DNA from: Alphaproteobacteria bacterium
GTDB taxonomy: Bacteria; Pseudomonadota; Alphaproteobacteria; CALKHQ01
Direction: 5' to 3'
Length of the DNA: 64,000 bases
Assembly (NCBI GenBank): GCA_965227515.1
Contig: CBDDFZ010000002.1
Span: forward strand, 512,001-576,000
Shown: positions 29,383-38,089 of the stretch, one piece after another
How positions within the stretch are numbered: the stretch's first letter is position 1
Layout of the letters: every line of letters begins with the position of its first letter
Position numbers and translations under genes: made by a program
Notes under the pieces: model-generated
Databases searched by the model: none
What the model was told of the DNA's origin: nothing
What the model saw: only the letters and a program-made list of their open reading frames with translations

Positions 29383-29784
29383 CTACCGCCCCGCCATGGC
29401 GGCCGTGGCCAGGTCGATGCCGGCCGCCGCGGCGCCTTGTTCCAGCACCGACACGTCGCGGCCTTCCGGCACCCGGATGCGCAAGAAGAACCCGGCATGC
29501 CGCACACCGGGCGTCACCACGGCGCCGGCGCCGTCATGCGCGGGTAGGGTCGCCCATCCGCCGACGCGGATCGGCGTCACCGACCAGCCGCCTTCGGCAT
29601 CGGAATAGCCCGCCGGCCGCCACGTCCACAGCGCCGGATCGGCCGGGTCGGTCGTCTCGCGGTCGCCACCTTCCTCGGCCGGCGTCACCAGCCAGTCGCC
29701 GTGCAGCAGGCCGAGTTGCACCGCCACCAGCGTCGCCGTGGCCTCGTCGGGCGCGCGCAAGAAGATATCGCGATAGCCGCTCAT
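29383..29784 (-). CDS. Small phage-like hypothetical protein, translationally coupled to the fibre gene
   Basis: ATGA overlap; YRDIFLRAPDEA...GFFLRIR resembles small genes that follow phage fibre genes. Confidence 0.65.
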   Translation of the reverse strand: MSGYRDIFLRAPDEATATLVAVQLGLLHGDWLVTPAEEGGDRETTDPADPALWTWRPAGYSDAEGGWSVTPIRVGGWATLPAHDGAGAVVTPGVRHAGFFLRIRVPEGRDVSVLEQGAAAAGIDLATAAMAGR

Positions 29785-31079
29785 GCCAGCGCCCCCCAGC
29801 GGTCGCCGTTCCAGACACGCAGGCTGCGGAGGGTGCCGTTGAGGTGATTGGCCGCGCCAACGCTTTGGCCGATCGCCATGTAGCGCGGCTGAACAAAGGC
29901 GCCGCCGCTATCGGTTTCGAACGCGGCCCCATTGAGGGACACGGCCAACGCGTCGTTGCCGAAGTCCACGACGCAGCGCGCGGCGTACCTCGTGTCGGCA
30001 GCCAGCACCGTTGCCGGCGATACGGTGGCCTGTGCCGCATTGGCATTGAAGGCGCGGAACTGGAACCGTCCGCTGGACGCATTGATGGTGCCCAGCGTGC
30101 GATTGTTGCCATTGGACGCGCTGTCGCTGAGCTCGAAGATCCGCGGGTTGTTCGCGTTGTCGGCGTGTGAACGCGCCCACGCGCATTCGATGCTGACGAC
30201 GCTCGACAGTACGTCGGCGCCGAAATCAATTTCGGCCACCTCCGCCGTCCGGTCCGACGCCGCCGGGCTCGACACCGCCGGCAGGATCGGCGAGGACACA
30301 TGCGCCGCCTCCTCGGTCGTCGGCACCCCGATGTCGAACGTGATGTCGACCGCCGCCGACGTGTTGAGGCCGACCCCCACCTGCGCCTGGACGCTATCGA
30401 CCGTGGCCTCGTCCATGGTGTCGTTCTCGAATTTGAACCGCTGGAACGAGGACGTGAGCGATCCCAGGAAGTCACTGCTGGTGTTGGTCGACAGATAAGA
30501 CGGGCCGCTGTTCTGCTCGTTGTGGTCGATGACGATCTGGGTCACGTCGTCGATGTCCGCGTCGTCCACCAGGCGCAGGAACACCGCCGACGACACCGGG
30601 TCGTTCTGCGACAGGCCGGTCAGCTCCCCGGCGGCCAGGAACGCGATGGCGTAGAAGCCGGTGCTGCTGTCCGTCGTGCCGCTGAGCCGCACCCGGATAT
30701 AGTCGATGCCGTCGTCCTGGCCGACCGCGACGATGGTCACCGTCAGGCCGGTGTCGCCATAGCCGGCCCAGCCGGTCGGCCACGCCCCGCCGGACCCGAT
30801 TGCCCCAGCGGTCGCCCCTTCGGCGCGCGGGTTCGGGACCTGGTTGGTCGACGGACCCTCGATCTGCCAGCCGTTCGACAGCCTGGGTACGTCGGCGTCA
30901 TAGACGACCAGCGCGCCGCTCGCGTCGAATTGCGTGGCACTGCCCGTGCGGGAGAGGGCGACATCGTCGGGCAGGCCGCTGGGCCATTGCCAGTCGAACA
31001 GCTTTCCGGCTTCGGCGCGGCGGATCGGCACCCAGGCCGGCGGCCGCGCCGCGTGGGCCTCGACGAGCGCGTGCAGCAT
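29781..31079 (-). CDS. Phage/GTA virion fibre- or head-spike-like protein with lectin-like beta domains
   Basis: ATG 31079 (TGATG overlap); LSRTGSATQFDASGAL...DVPRL...IEGPSTN and SSPILP...SDRTAE motifs; C-terminal LNGTLRSLRVW resembles a ConA/LamG end. Confidence 0.7.
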   Translation of the reverse strand: MLHALVEAHAARPPAWVPIRRAEAGKLFDWQWPSGLPDDVALSRTGSATQFDASGALVVYDADVPRLSNGWQIEGPSTNQVPNPRAEGATAGAIGSGGAWPTGWAGYGDTGLTVTIVAVGQDDGIDYIRVRLSGTTDSSTGFYAIAFLAAGELTGLSQNDPVSSAVFLRLVDDADIDDVTQIVIDHNEQNSGPSYLSTNTSSDFLGSLTSSFQRFKFENDTMDEATVDSVQAQVGVGLNTSAAVDITFDIGVPTTEEAAHVSSPILPAVSSPAASDRTAEVAEIDFGADVLSSVVSIECAWARSHADNANNPRIFELSDSASNGNNRTLGTINASSGRFQFRAFNANAAQATVSPATVLAADTRYAARCVVDFGNDALAVSLNGAAFETDSGGAFVQPRYMAIGQSVGAANHLNGTLRSLRVWNGDRWGALA

Positions 31080-31369
31080 CAGAACCGCACCGCTTGGGCA
31101 TCGACGCTGACCCCGGACCCGCCGGTGATGCTGGCCCGCACGAAGCCCGGCGCCAGCTCGAACACGCGCACGCCGGCGGCCGTCAGTTCGGCGTCGCTGC
31201 CGAGGTCGAGCGCGGTCGACTGGTCGGGCGAGAACTCCAGCGCCACGGTAGAGCCGCCAAAGGTGCCGAACGCCTGGAAATGCCCGCGGCCGCCGGGCCA
31301 TGCCACCCAGGACCCGCTGCTGGAGGCCCCGTCCAGCAGGGTAACCCGGTCACCGGTCGATAGTGTCAT
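31079..31369 (-). CDS. Small beta-rich phage-like protein
   Basis: 96 aa, GGAG RBS; WPGGRG...GTFGGSTVALEFSPD motif. Confidence 0.7.
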   Translation of the reverse strand: MTLSTGDRVTLLDGASSSGSWVAWPGGRGHFQAFGTFGGSTVALEFSPDQSTALDLGSDAELTAAGVRVFELAPGFVRASITGGSGVSVDAQAVRF

Positions 31370-31405
31370 CGCTTTCTCCTGAATTGCCGAGATCGAATGA
31401 TGTTT

Positions 31406-31420
31406 GTTCCCTTTTAGTTC
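31406..31420. promoter_or_regulatory. Alphaproteobacterial LexA (SOS) box GTTC-N7-GTTC
   Basis: GTTC CCTTTTA GTTC in an AT-rich divergent intergenic region. Confidence 0.8.
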
Positions 31421-31554
31421 TTATCGATGAAAATTGCAAGAACATTTTGTTTGTCATGCACGCATGGCGGGTATTGTCGGTGCTTGCGCTGTGACGATGC
31501 CGTGCCACAATGGCGTGGCCGGAGAAGGCCCCGCCAACAGCGAACGCCATTGCC

Positions 31555-32025
31555 ATGACCGATACGTCTCCGACCACTGCGACCGGGCCTGCGTTCCTGG
31601 AACGCCAGTCCATCATCGACCAGCCGATCGTGCCTGCGGTCGCGGTGCTGGTGATCGTGGTGTTCGCGATCTTCAGCCCCGGCTGGCTGATGGCGGTGAT
31701 CGCCGTGATCTGGATCGCCTTCATCTGGGCGGTGCGGCTGAGCGTGTCAGTGGACGCCGCCGGAGTGTCGATACGCTACCGCCCCGTCGCCAAGCGGCAG
31801 ATCCCGCTCGCCGAGATCGCCGAGGTGAAGGTGGTCAAGTACAGGCCGATCAAGGACTTCGGCGGCTGGGGGCCGCGCACCGGGCGTGGCGGCGTGCGTT
31901 GCTTCACCCTGTCGGGCACCGATGGCGTGGAACTGAAACTCACCGGCGGGGACACCGTGCTGATTGGCAGCAACATGCCGGCCGGGCTGGTCGGCGCCAT
32001 CGAGCGGGCGCGCTCGGGCTCGTGA
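31555..32025 (+). CDS. Small membrane protein (2 TM + PH-like domain)
   Basis: Two TM segments, then RQIPLAEI, FGGWG and GVEL...VLIGS; stop overlaps the photolyase start. Confidence 0.75.
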   Translation: MTDTSPTTATGPAFLERQSIIDQPIVPAVAVLVIVVFAIFSPGWLMAVIAVIWIAFIWAVRLSVSVDAAGVSIRYRPVAKRQIPLAEIAEVKVVKYRPIKDFGGWGPRTGRGGVRCFTLSGTDGVELKLTGGDTVLIGSNMPAGLVGAIERARSGS

Positions 32026-33428
32026 CCGCACCCACTGTCGTTTGGTTCCGGCAGGATCTCAGGCTTGCCGACAATCCTGCGTTGGACGCCGCCATAGCGC
32101 GCGGCGCGCCGCTGGTCGCGGTCTACGTGCTGGACGACGACACGCCGGGCGACTGGAAGGCCGGCGGCGCCTCGCGCTGGTGGTTGCATCATAGCCTGGC
32201 ATCGCTGGCGAAGAACCTGGACGACCTCGGCCAGCGGCTGGTGCTGCGGCGTGGCGCGGCCGACGAGATCATCAAGGCCCTGGTCGAGGAGGTCGGCGCT
32301 GGCGCGGTGTTCTGGAACCGCTGCTACGAGCCCTCGGCCATCGCGCGCGACACCAAGCTGAAGTCCGGGCTGGGCGAGCGCGACGTCGAGGTGGCGTCGT
32401 TCAACGGGTCGCTGCTGGTCGAGCCCTGGACGGTGAAGACCAAGTCGGGCGATCCGTTCAAGGTGTTCACGCCGTTCTGGCGCGCGGTGCAGGAGGGCGA
32501 TCCGATGGATGCGCCGTCCGACCGCCCGGAGAAGCTGCCGGCGGCGCCCGATGGCGTCGACAGCGACGACCTGGACGATTGGGAGCTGCTCCCGACAAAG
32601 CCGGACTGGGCAGGCGGCATGCGCGATGCCTGGACGCCGGGCGAGGCGGGGGCGCGTGACCGGCTGGCCAGATTCCTGGACGACGCCATCGCCGACTACG
32701 CCGCCGCCCGCGACCGGCCGGACAGTGAGACCACGTCGCGACTGTCGCCGCACTTGCACTTCGGCGAGATCAGCCCGCGCCAGGTCTGGCAGGCGCTCGA
32801 CGACGCCGACCGGGCGCCGAAGGGCACGGCGAAGTTCCGCTCCGAGCTGGGGTGGCGCGAGTTCAGCTATCACCTGCTGCACCAGTTCCCCAAGCTGCCG
32901 GAGGAGAACTTCCGGCCCGAGTTCGACGCCTTCCCGTGGCAGCCGGACGAGGCGCACCTGCGCGCCTGGCAGCGGGGCCGCACCGGCGTGCCCATCGTCG
33001 ATGCCGGGATGCGCGAGCTGTGGGGCATCGGCTGGATGCATAACCGGGTGCGCATGGTGGTCGCCTCGTTCCTGGTCAAGCACCTGTTGCAGCCCTGGCA
33101 GGACGGCGCGCGCTGGTTCTGGGACACGCTGGTCGACGCCGACCTCGCTAACAACTCGGCAAGCTGGCAGTGGGTCGCCGGCTGCGGCGCCGACGCCGCG
33201 CCCTATTTCCGCGTTTTCAATCCGGTGCTGCAGGGCGAGAAGTTCGACCCGAAGGGCGACTATGTCCGCTGCTGGGTGCCGGAGCTGGCCGACGTGCCCG
33301 ACAAGTACGTGCACAAGCCGTGGGAAATGGGCTCACCGCCCAAGGACTACCCGGCGCCATTGGTCGACATCGGCGAGGGCAGGCGCCGCGCGCTCGCCGC
33401 CTATGACGAGGTGAAGGGCGGGGACTAG
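32022..33428 (+). CDS. phrB: Deoxyribodipyrimidine photolyase (CPD class I/III)
   Basis: GTG start; VWFRQDLRLADNPAL, TSRLSPHLHFGEIS, GWMHNRVRM, DADLANN, WQWVAGCG. Confidence 0.95.
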   Translation: MTAPTVVWFRQDLRLADNPALDAAIARGAPLVAVYVLDDDTPGDWKAGGASRWWLHHSLASLAKNLDDLGQRLVLRRGAADEIIKALVEEVGAGAVFWNRCYEPSAIARDTKLKSGLGERDVEVASFNGSLLVEPWTVKTKSGDPFKVFTPFWRAVQEGDPMDAPSDRPEKLPAAPDGVDSDDLDDWELLPTKPDWAGGMRDAWTPGEAGARDRLARFLDDAIADYAAARDRPDSETTSRLSPHLHFGEISPRQVWQALDDADRAPKGTAKFRSELGWREFSYHLLHQFPKLPEENFRPEFDAFPWQPDEAHLRAWQRGRTGVPIVDAGMRELWGIGWMHNRVRMVVASFLVKHLLQPWQDGARWFWDTLVDADLANNSASWQWVAGCGADAAPYFRVFNPVLQGEKFDPKGDYVRCWVPELADVPDKYVHKPWEMGSPPKDYPAPLVDIGEGRRRALAAYDEVKGGD

Positions 33429-33467
33429 TGGAACCCCCGCGTCGGGTCGGTGTTTGCCAGTCAACCC

Positions 33468-35006
33468 ATGCCTGAACGCGACACCACCAGAACGCGCCAC
33501 GTTGTCGTGGTGCTCGGCCACCCGCGCGGAATGGACAGCCTGTGCGGTGCGCTGGCCCTGGACTATCACCGGGCAGCCAAAGCGGCTGGCGCTGTCGTTG
33601 ACCTGATCGACCTGTCGCGCGCCGACTTCGACCCCAATGTGCAAGTGGCGCGCCCGCAGGACCAGACCCTGGAGCCCGATCTCGCGGCGCTGAGGGCTGC
33701 GGTCGACGGCGCCGATCACGTGGCATTTGTCTACCCGACGTGGTGGGGCACCATGCCGGCGCTGATGAAGGGGGCGCTGGATCGACTGCTCGTGCCTGGG
33801 TGGGCGTTTCGCACCACCACCGGCGGCACCGGTTATGAACCTATGCTGCGCGGCCGCACCGCCGAGCTGATCACCACCATGGACACGCCGGGCCCGGTCT
33901 ACCGGTTCATCTACGGCGCGCCGGGTCATCGCGCGATGGCCCGGGCAACACTCGGCTTTTGCGGCTTCCGGATGACGCGGTTCACCCGCTTCGGGCCGGT
34001 CCGCGACAGCGCCGCGCCGGAGCGTCAGCGCTGGATCGCCGCGTCGGCCCGACTAGGCCGGGACGGCGGTGCCGGCAACACTCGCCCGGTGCGCGCCACC
34101 TGGACCTCGGTGGCACCGTGGCTGCAGGCGTTGCGGCTGCAATTCTACCCGATGACCTTCCTGGCGTATTGGATGGGCGCGCTGGCGGCGGTGCCGGAAC
34201 ATGTCCTGCGCGATCCGCTCGCGTTCTGGCTCGGGTATGCGCTGTTATTCCTGCTGGAAGCGGCGACCGTCTTCACCAATGACGTCTTCGACGCCGAAAG
34301 CGACCGCCGCAATGCGCACTACGGGCCGTTCACTGGCGGATCGCGCGTCGTGCAAAGCGGCGTGCTGACACCGCGCAAGTTGCTGTTGGGCGCGGCTGTG
34401 GCGTTGGTATTAGCGGCGGCTCTGCTCGCCGTGCTCGCGATACGTTCGGACCGTGCGGCATTCACCGTGGGCTTCTTCCTCACGTTCGCCGTCATCGCAC
34501 TCGGCTACACCTTGCCGCCGTTGAAGTTCTCGCACCGCGGGCTCGGCGAACTGGTGGTCGCCATCACCCACAGCTTCGGTGCGATCTACGCTGGCCTTCT
34601 GCTCCAAACCGGCGACCTGGGCGATTCGCTGCCTCTGCAATTGAGTGTCCCGCTTGCCATCGCCGTACTTGCCGCCATCGCGCTGTCGGGCGTTCCTGAT
34701 GTCGCGGCGGATCGCGCGGCCGGAAAGCGCACGCTGACGGTCATTTTTGGGCCTCGGGCAATTCGCTGGATCGCGGTGGCCTGCGTCGCCGTATCGGCGG
34801 CGTTGGCAAGCTGGCTCTGGGCGCGTGGCGAGCCGGCGTGGGCCGGGGCGGTCTATGTGGTCCCGGTGCACGCAGTGCTGCTGATCTGGTTACTGCTGCG
34901 CTGGAGACCACCTGCCAATACGCCCGCGCGCATCGACGGGCTGATGATGGCGAGCCTCGGCTACATCATCTGGTTCGCCGCCATACCGCTGGCCAATCTG
35001 GCCTGA
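33468..35006 (+). CDS. Fusion of flavodoxin-like NAD(P)H:quinone reductase and UbiA/MenA-family prenyltransferase
   Basis: N-terminal LGHPR, YPTWWGTMPALMKGALDR; C-terminal multi-TM domain with NDVFD, GYTLPPLKF, GLGEL and PDVAADRAAGKRT. Confidence 0.85.
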   Translation: MPERDTTRTRHVVVVLGHPRGMDSLCGALALDYHRAAKAAGAVVDLIDLSRADFDPNVQVARPQDQTLEPDLAALRAAVDGADHVAFVYPTWWGTMPALMKGALDRLLVPGWAFRTTTGGTGYEPMLRGRTAELITTMDTPGPVYRFIYGAPGHRAMARATLGFCGFRMTRFTRFGPVRDSAAPERQRWIAASARLGRDGGAGNTRPVRATWTSVAPWLQALRLQFYPMTFLAYWMGALAAVPEHVLRDPLAFWLGYALLFLLEAATVFTNDVFDAESDRRNAHYGPFTGGSRVVQSGVLTPRKLLLGAAVALVLAAALLAVLAIRSDRAAFTVGFFLTFAVIALGYTLPPLKFSHRGLGELVVAITHSFGAIYAGLLLQTGDLGDSLPLQLSVPLAIAVLAAIALSGVPDVAADRAAGKRTLTVIFGPRAIRWIAVACVAVSAALASWLWARGEPAWAGAVYVVPVHAVLLIWLLLRWRPPANTPARIDGLMMASLGYIIWFAAIPLANLA

Positions 35007-35013
35007 GACCCGC

Positions 35014-35952
35014 CTAGATTTGCGTCGGTGCCGGCAGGTCGCCCAGACGCGCGGCGATGGCGGCCCCGTCGACGAAGCTCGACTGGCAGCCCAGCGTCAG
35101 GCAGGCCAGCGCCGCGCCGACCGAGGCGCGCACCAGCGCATCCGGCAAAGAGAGGCCGGCGTCCAGACCCTGGCCCAGGATGCCGACGAAACCGTCGCCC
35201 GCACCCGTGGTGTCGACCGCCTCCACCGGCAAGGCGGCGACCCGCCAGCCGCCGTCCGGCCCATGCGCGATGGTGCCCTGCTTTCCCAGGGTCACGATGC
35301 AGGTCAGCCCGTGGGCGTCGGCCAGCGCCTTGGCGGTCGCCGAGCGGCTCTGACCGGCATGGCCGCCGGCCTGCGCGATCATCTCGGCCTCGATCTGGTT
35401 GACCACCAGCACGTCGATGGCGTCCAGCACCTCGGTCGGCACCGGGGCCGCAGGGGCGACGTTCAGCATGATGCGGCAGCCGGCGGCGCGGGCGCGCTTG
35501 ACCAGCGCCCAGTTCTCCTCCACCGGGATTTCCATCTGCATCAGCATGGTGGTGTCCGGCCCCAGCATGCCATCCGGCACCATGTCGGCGCGTGCTTCCG
35601 CGTTCGAGCCGCTGGCCACCACGATGGAGTTCTCGCCCGCCGCATCGACCCAGATCAGCGCGCAGCCGGTGGGCTTCTCCCCGGTCGCCAGTGCCGACAG
35701 GTCGACCCCGGCGTCGCGCAACATCTCAACGGCGCGCGGACCCAGGCTGTCGTCGCCGACCGCGCCGACCATCGCGACTTTGCTGTCGTGGCCGCTGCCG
35801 GATGCCGCGCGCGCCGCCGCGCAGGCCTGGTTCGCGCCCTTGCCGCCGGGCACCATGATGTAGGACGGGCACAGCACCGTTTCGCCCGGCTTGGGCAGGT
35901 GGTCGACCTTGGTGATCATGTCGACGTTGAGCGAGCCGAATACGACGATCAT
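35014..35952 (-). CDS. rbsK: Ribokinase (PfkB family)
   Basis: GSLNVD, PGGKGANQA, DTTGAGDGF. Confidence 0.92.
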   Translation of the reverse strand: MIVVFGSLNVDMITKVDHLPKPGETVLCPSYIMVPGGKGANQACAAARAASGSGHDSKVAMVGAVGDDSLGPRAVEMLRDAGVDLSALATGEKPTGCALIWVDAAGENSIVVASGSNAEARADMVPDGMLGPDTTMLMQMEIPVEENWALVKRARAAGCRIMLNVAPAAPVPTEVLDAIDVLVVNQIEAEMIAQAGGHAGQSRSATAKALADAHGLTCIVTLGKQGTIAHGPDGGWRVAALPVEAVDTTGAGDGFVGILGQGLDAGLSLPDALVRASVGAALACLTLGCQSSFVDGAAIAARLGDLPAPTQI

Positions 35953-35964
35953 GGAACAGGCCCC

Positions 35965-36681
35965 TCACGATCCACCGCGGGCGGCGGCAACGGCGGCCTG
36001 CAAGGTGGCGAGCGACTGCTCGCCGACCAGCAGCCGGTCGCCGATGATGAAGGCGGGCGTGCCGTCGATGCCCAGCTCCTGGCCCAGCGCCAGGCTGTCG
36101 TTGATGTGCTGGTCGATGACCGCACTGTTGGCGAGCCCCTGCACCAGGTCTTCGCGGTCGATGCCGGCCATGCCGCTCACCTGGTCGACGATCCGCTCGC
36201 TGCGCGCGGTCACCCCCAGCATCGTGTGGTGAAAGGCCTCGTACGCGCCTTCCCGGTTGGCGATCATCGCCACGCGGGCCGCGTACCACGAGGTCGGCGC
36301 CAGGATCGGGAACTCCTTGTAGACCAGGCGGATACCGTCGTCCTTGGCCAGCAGTTCCTGCAGCACCGGCAGCATCAGCTGGCAATAGGGGCAGTTGTAG
36401 TCGACGAACTCGACGATGGTGACGTCGCCGTCGGGGTTGCCGCCGACCGCGTCCAGCGGGTGGTTGAAGATGACGTCGCGGTTGGCGCGGATGCGGCTCT
36501 GGGTCTCGATGCGCTCGATCGCCTCCAGAATCACGTCCGGATTGGCCATCAGGTAGTCGATCACCGCCTCGCGGTCGAACGGGGCCACGCCTTGCGCCCG
36601 TGCATCTGTTACCGGCCATCCGGCGCTCAGCAACACGGCCAGCGCCATCACGCCTGCCGCGATTTTCGATATCCGTATCAT
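35965..36681 (-). CDS. DsbA/Com1-like thiol-disulfide protein
   Basis: Signal peptide, EFVDYNCPYC, KEFPIL, GIDGTPAFIIG. Confidence 0.92.
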   Translation of the reverse strand: MIRISKIAAGVMALAVLLSAGWPVTDARAQGVAPFDREAVIDYLMANPDVILEAIERIETQSRIRANRDVIFNHPLDAVGGNPDGDVTIVEFVDYNCPYCQLMLPVLQELLAKDDGIRLVYKEFPILAPTSWYAARVAMIANREGAYEAFHHTMLGVTARSERIVDQVSGMAGIDREDLVQGLANSAVIDQHINDSLALGQELGIDGTPAFIIGDRLLVGEQSLATLQAAVAAARGGS

Positions 36682-36847
36682 GCCGGCAATCTATCCCCGC
36701 CGCGCGAAAGCGCAAGCCGATGGGGCGCGGTTGACCGAAGCGTGAGGCGCGCGCGAGTGGAGATCGGCGGGTCAGGCCGCTTGCATCTCGGGCCTGCCTC
36801 GTGCCCAAATCGCCGCGATTGTCAGCCTCATGTCTCGCTGAGCACAT

Positions 36848-38089
36848 ATGTATTCATCGCTTTCCGACCTTGTTACGCTTGGCGCGCGCGGCGTTGCCGA
36901 AACCGGTGACGACGCAGCAGCGGCGGAGTTCACCCTCGGCGCGCACCGCAGCGTGCCGCCGGCCGAAACGCTCGCCCGGATAGAGCCGGAGAAGGCGCGC
37001 TACGGCATCACGCGGGTGGCGCGGGTCACCGGGCTCGACCGCATCGGCATCGAGGTCTTCATGGTGGTGCGGCCGAACCAGTACGGGCTGGCCGTCACCC
37101 AGGGCAAGGGTGTCACCCGAGAGGCGGCGCGGGTCTCCGGCCTGATGGAGGCGATGGAATTCTGGCACGCCGAGCGGCCCGACTTGCCGCTGCGCCACGC
37201 CACCGCGCGCGATCTCGCCCGGCACTACCGGATGCCGCCGATGGCCGCCCTGCCGCTGGTCGGCGCGCCGCCATCGGATACGGTTCCGCTGTTCTGGGCA
37301 ATGGCGACCGACCTGTTCACCGGCGATACGGTGCCGGTGCCCTACGACCTGGTCCATGCCTGCTTCCTGGAGGACGACCGTGCGGCGGAGTCGCCGTTCC
37401 AGATCTCAACCAACGGGCTCGCCTCCGGCAACTCGATGCTGGAAGCGGCGACCCATGCCGCCAGCGAGCTGGTGGAGCGCGACCAGATCATCCGCTTCGA
37501 CCGGCGCGAGGCAGCGTCGCGGGAGGCGGCGCGGATCGATCTCGCCAGCGTCGACACACCCTACCTCGCCGAGCTGATCGGCCGGGTCGCCGCCGCCGAG
37601 ATGTCGGTGGCGCTGTGGGACATGACCAACGCATGGGGTGTGCCGGGCTACATCTGCCAGATCGTCGACACCACAGCACACCCCGGGCCGCCCGGCATGG
37701 GGGCCGGGTGCCATCCGCGCCGCGACGTGGCCGCCGCCCGCGCGATCACCGAGGCGGCGCAGTCGCGGCTGACCCGCATTTCAGGTGCGCGCGACGACCT
37801 GACCGGGCGCCTGTTCGGCGGCGCGATCCAGACCCGCACCCTGTGGCTGAACCAGCGCGCCGGCGAGGCGGCCGAGGCAACACCGCAAGCGTTTGCCAGC
37901 GGCGTGGACCTGTCGGCCAGCGGCCTGGAGGCGGAGTACCTGGCCGTGCTGGGCGCCCTGCGCGCGGCCGGGCTGGAGATGCTGCTGGCGGTCGACCTGG
38001 CGCCCGACGCGCCGTTCAGCGTGGTCCGGCTGATCGCGCCCGGCGTGCTCGGCATGCTGTCCGGGGCCGTGGCGGGTGCGAACGGATGA
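36848..38089 (+). CDS. ycaO: YcaO family protein (TfuA-associated, thioamide-forming type)
   Basis: GITRVARVTGLDRIGI, QGKG, SGLMEAME, STNGLASGN...EA...ELVERD, GAGCH, AITEAAQSRLTRISGARDD; no C-terminal PxP. Confidence 0.93.
   Translation: MYSSLSDLVTLGARGVAETGDDAAAAEFTLGAHRSVPPAETLARIEPEKARYGITRVARVTGLDRIGIEVFMVVRPNQYGLAVTQGKGVTREAARVSGLMEAMEFWHAERPDLPLRHATARDLARHYRMPPMAALPLVGAPPSDTVPLFWAMATDLFTGDTVPVPYDLVHACFLEDDRAAESPFQISTNGLASGNSMLEAATHAASELVERDQIIRFDRREAASREAARIDLASVDTPYLAELIGRVAAAEMSVALWDMTNAWGVPGYICQIVDTTAHPGPPGMGAGCHPRRDVAAARAITEAAQSRLTRISGARDDLTGRLFGGAIQTRTLWLNQRAGEAAEATPQAFASGVDLSASGLEAEYLAVLGALRAAGLEMLLAVDLAPDAPFSVVRLIAPGVLGMLSGAVAGANG

Noticed and set aside
29383-31369. Prophage call
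   Set aside because: No integrase, att sites, terminase, capsid or lysis genes; only three virion-like genes, kept as an orphan module.
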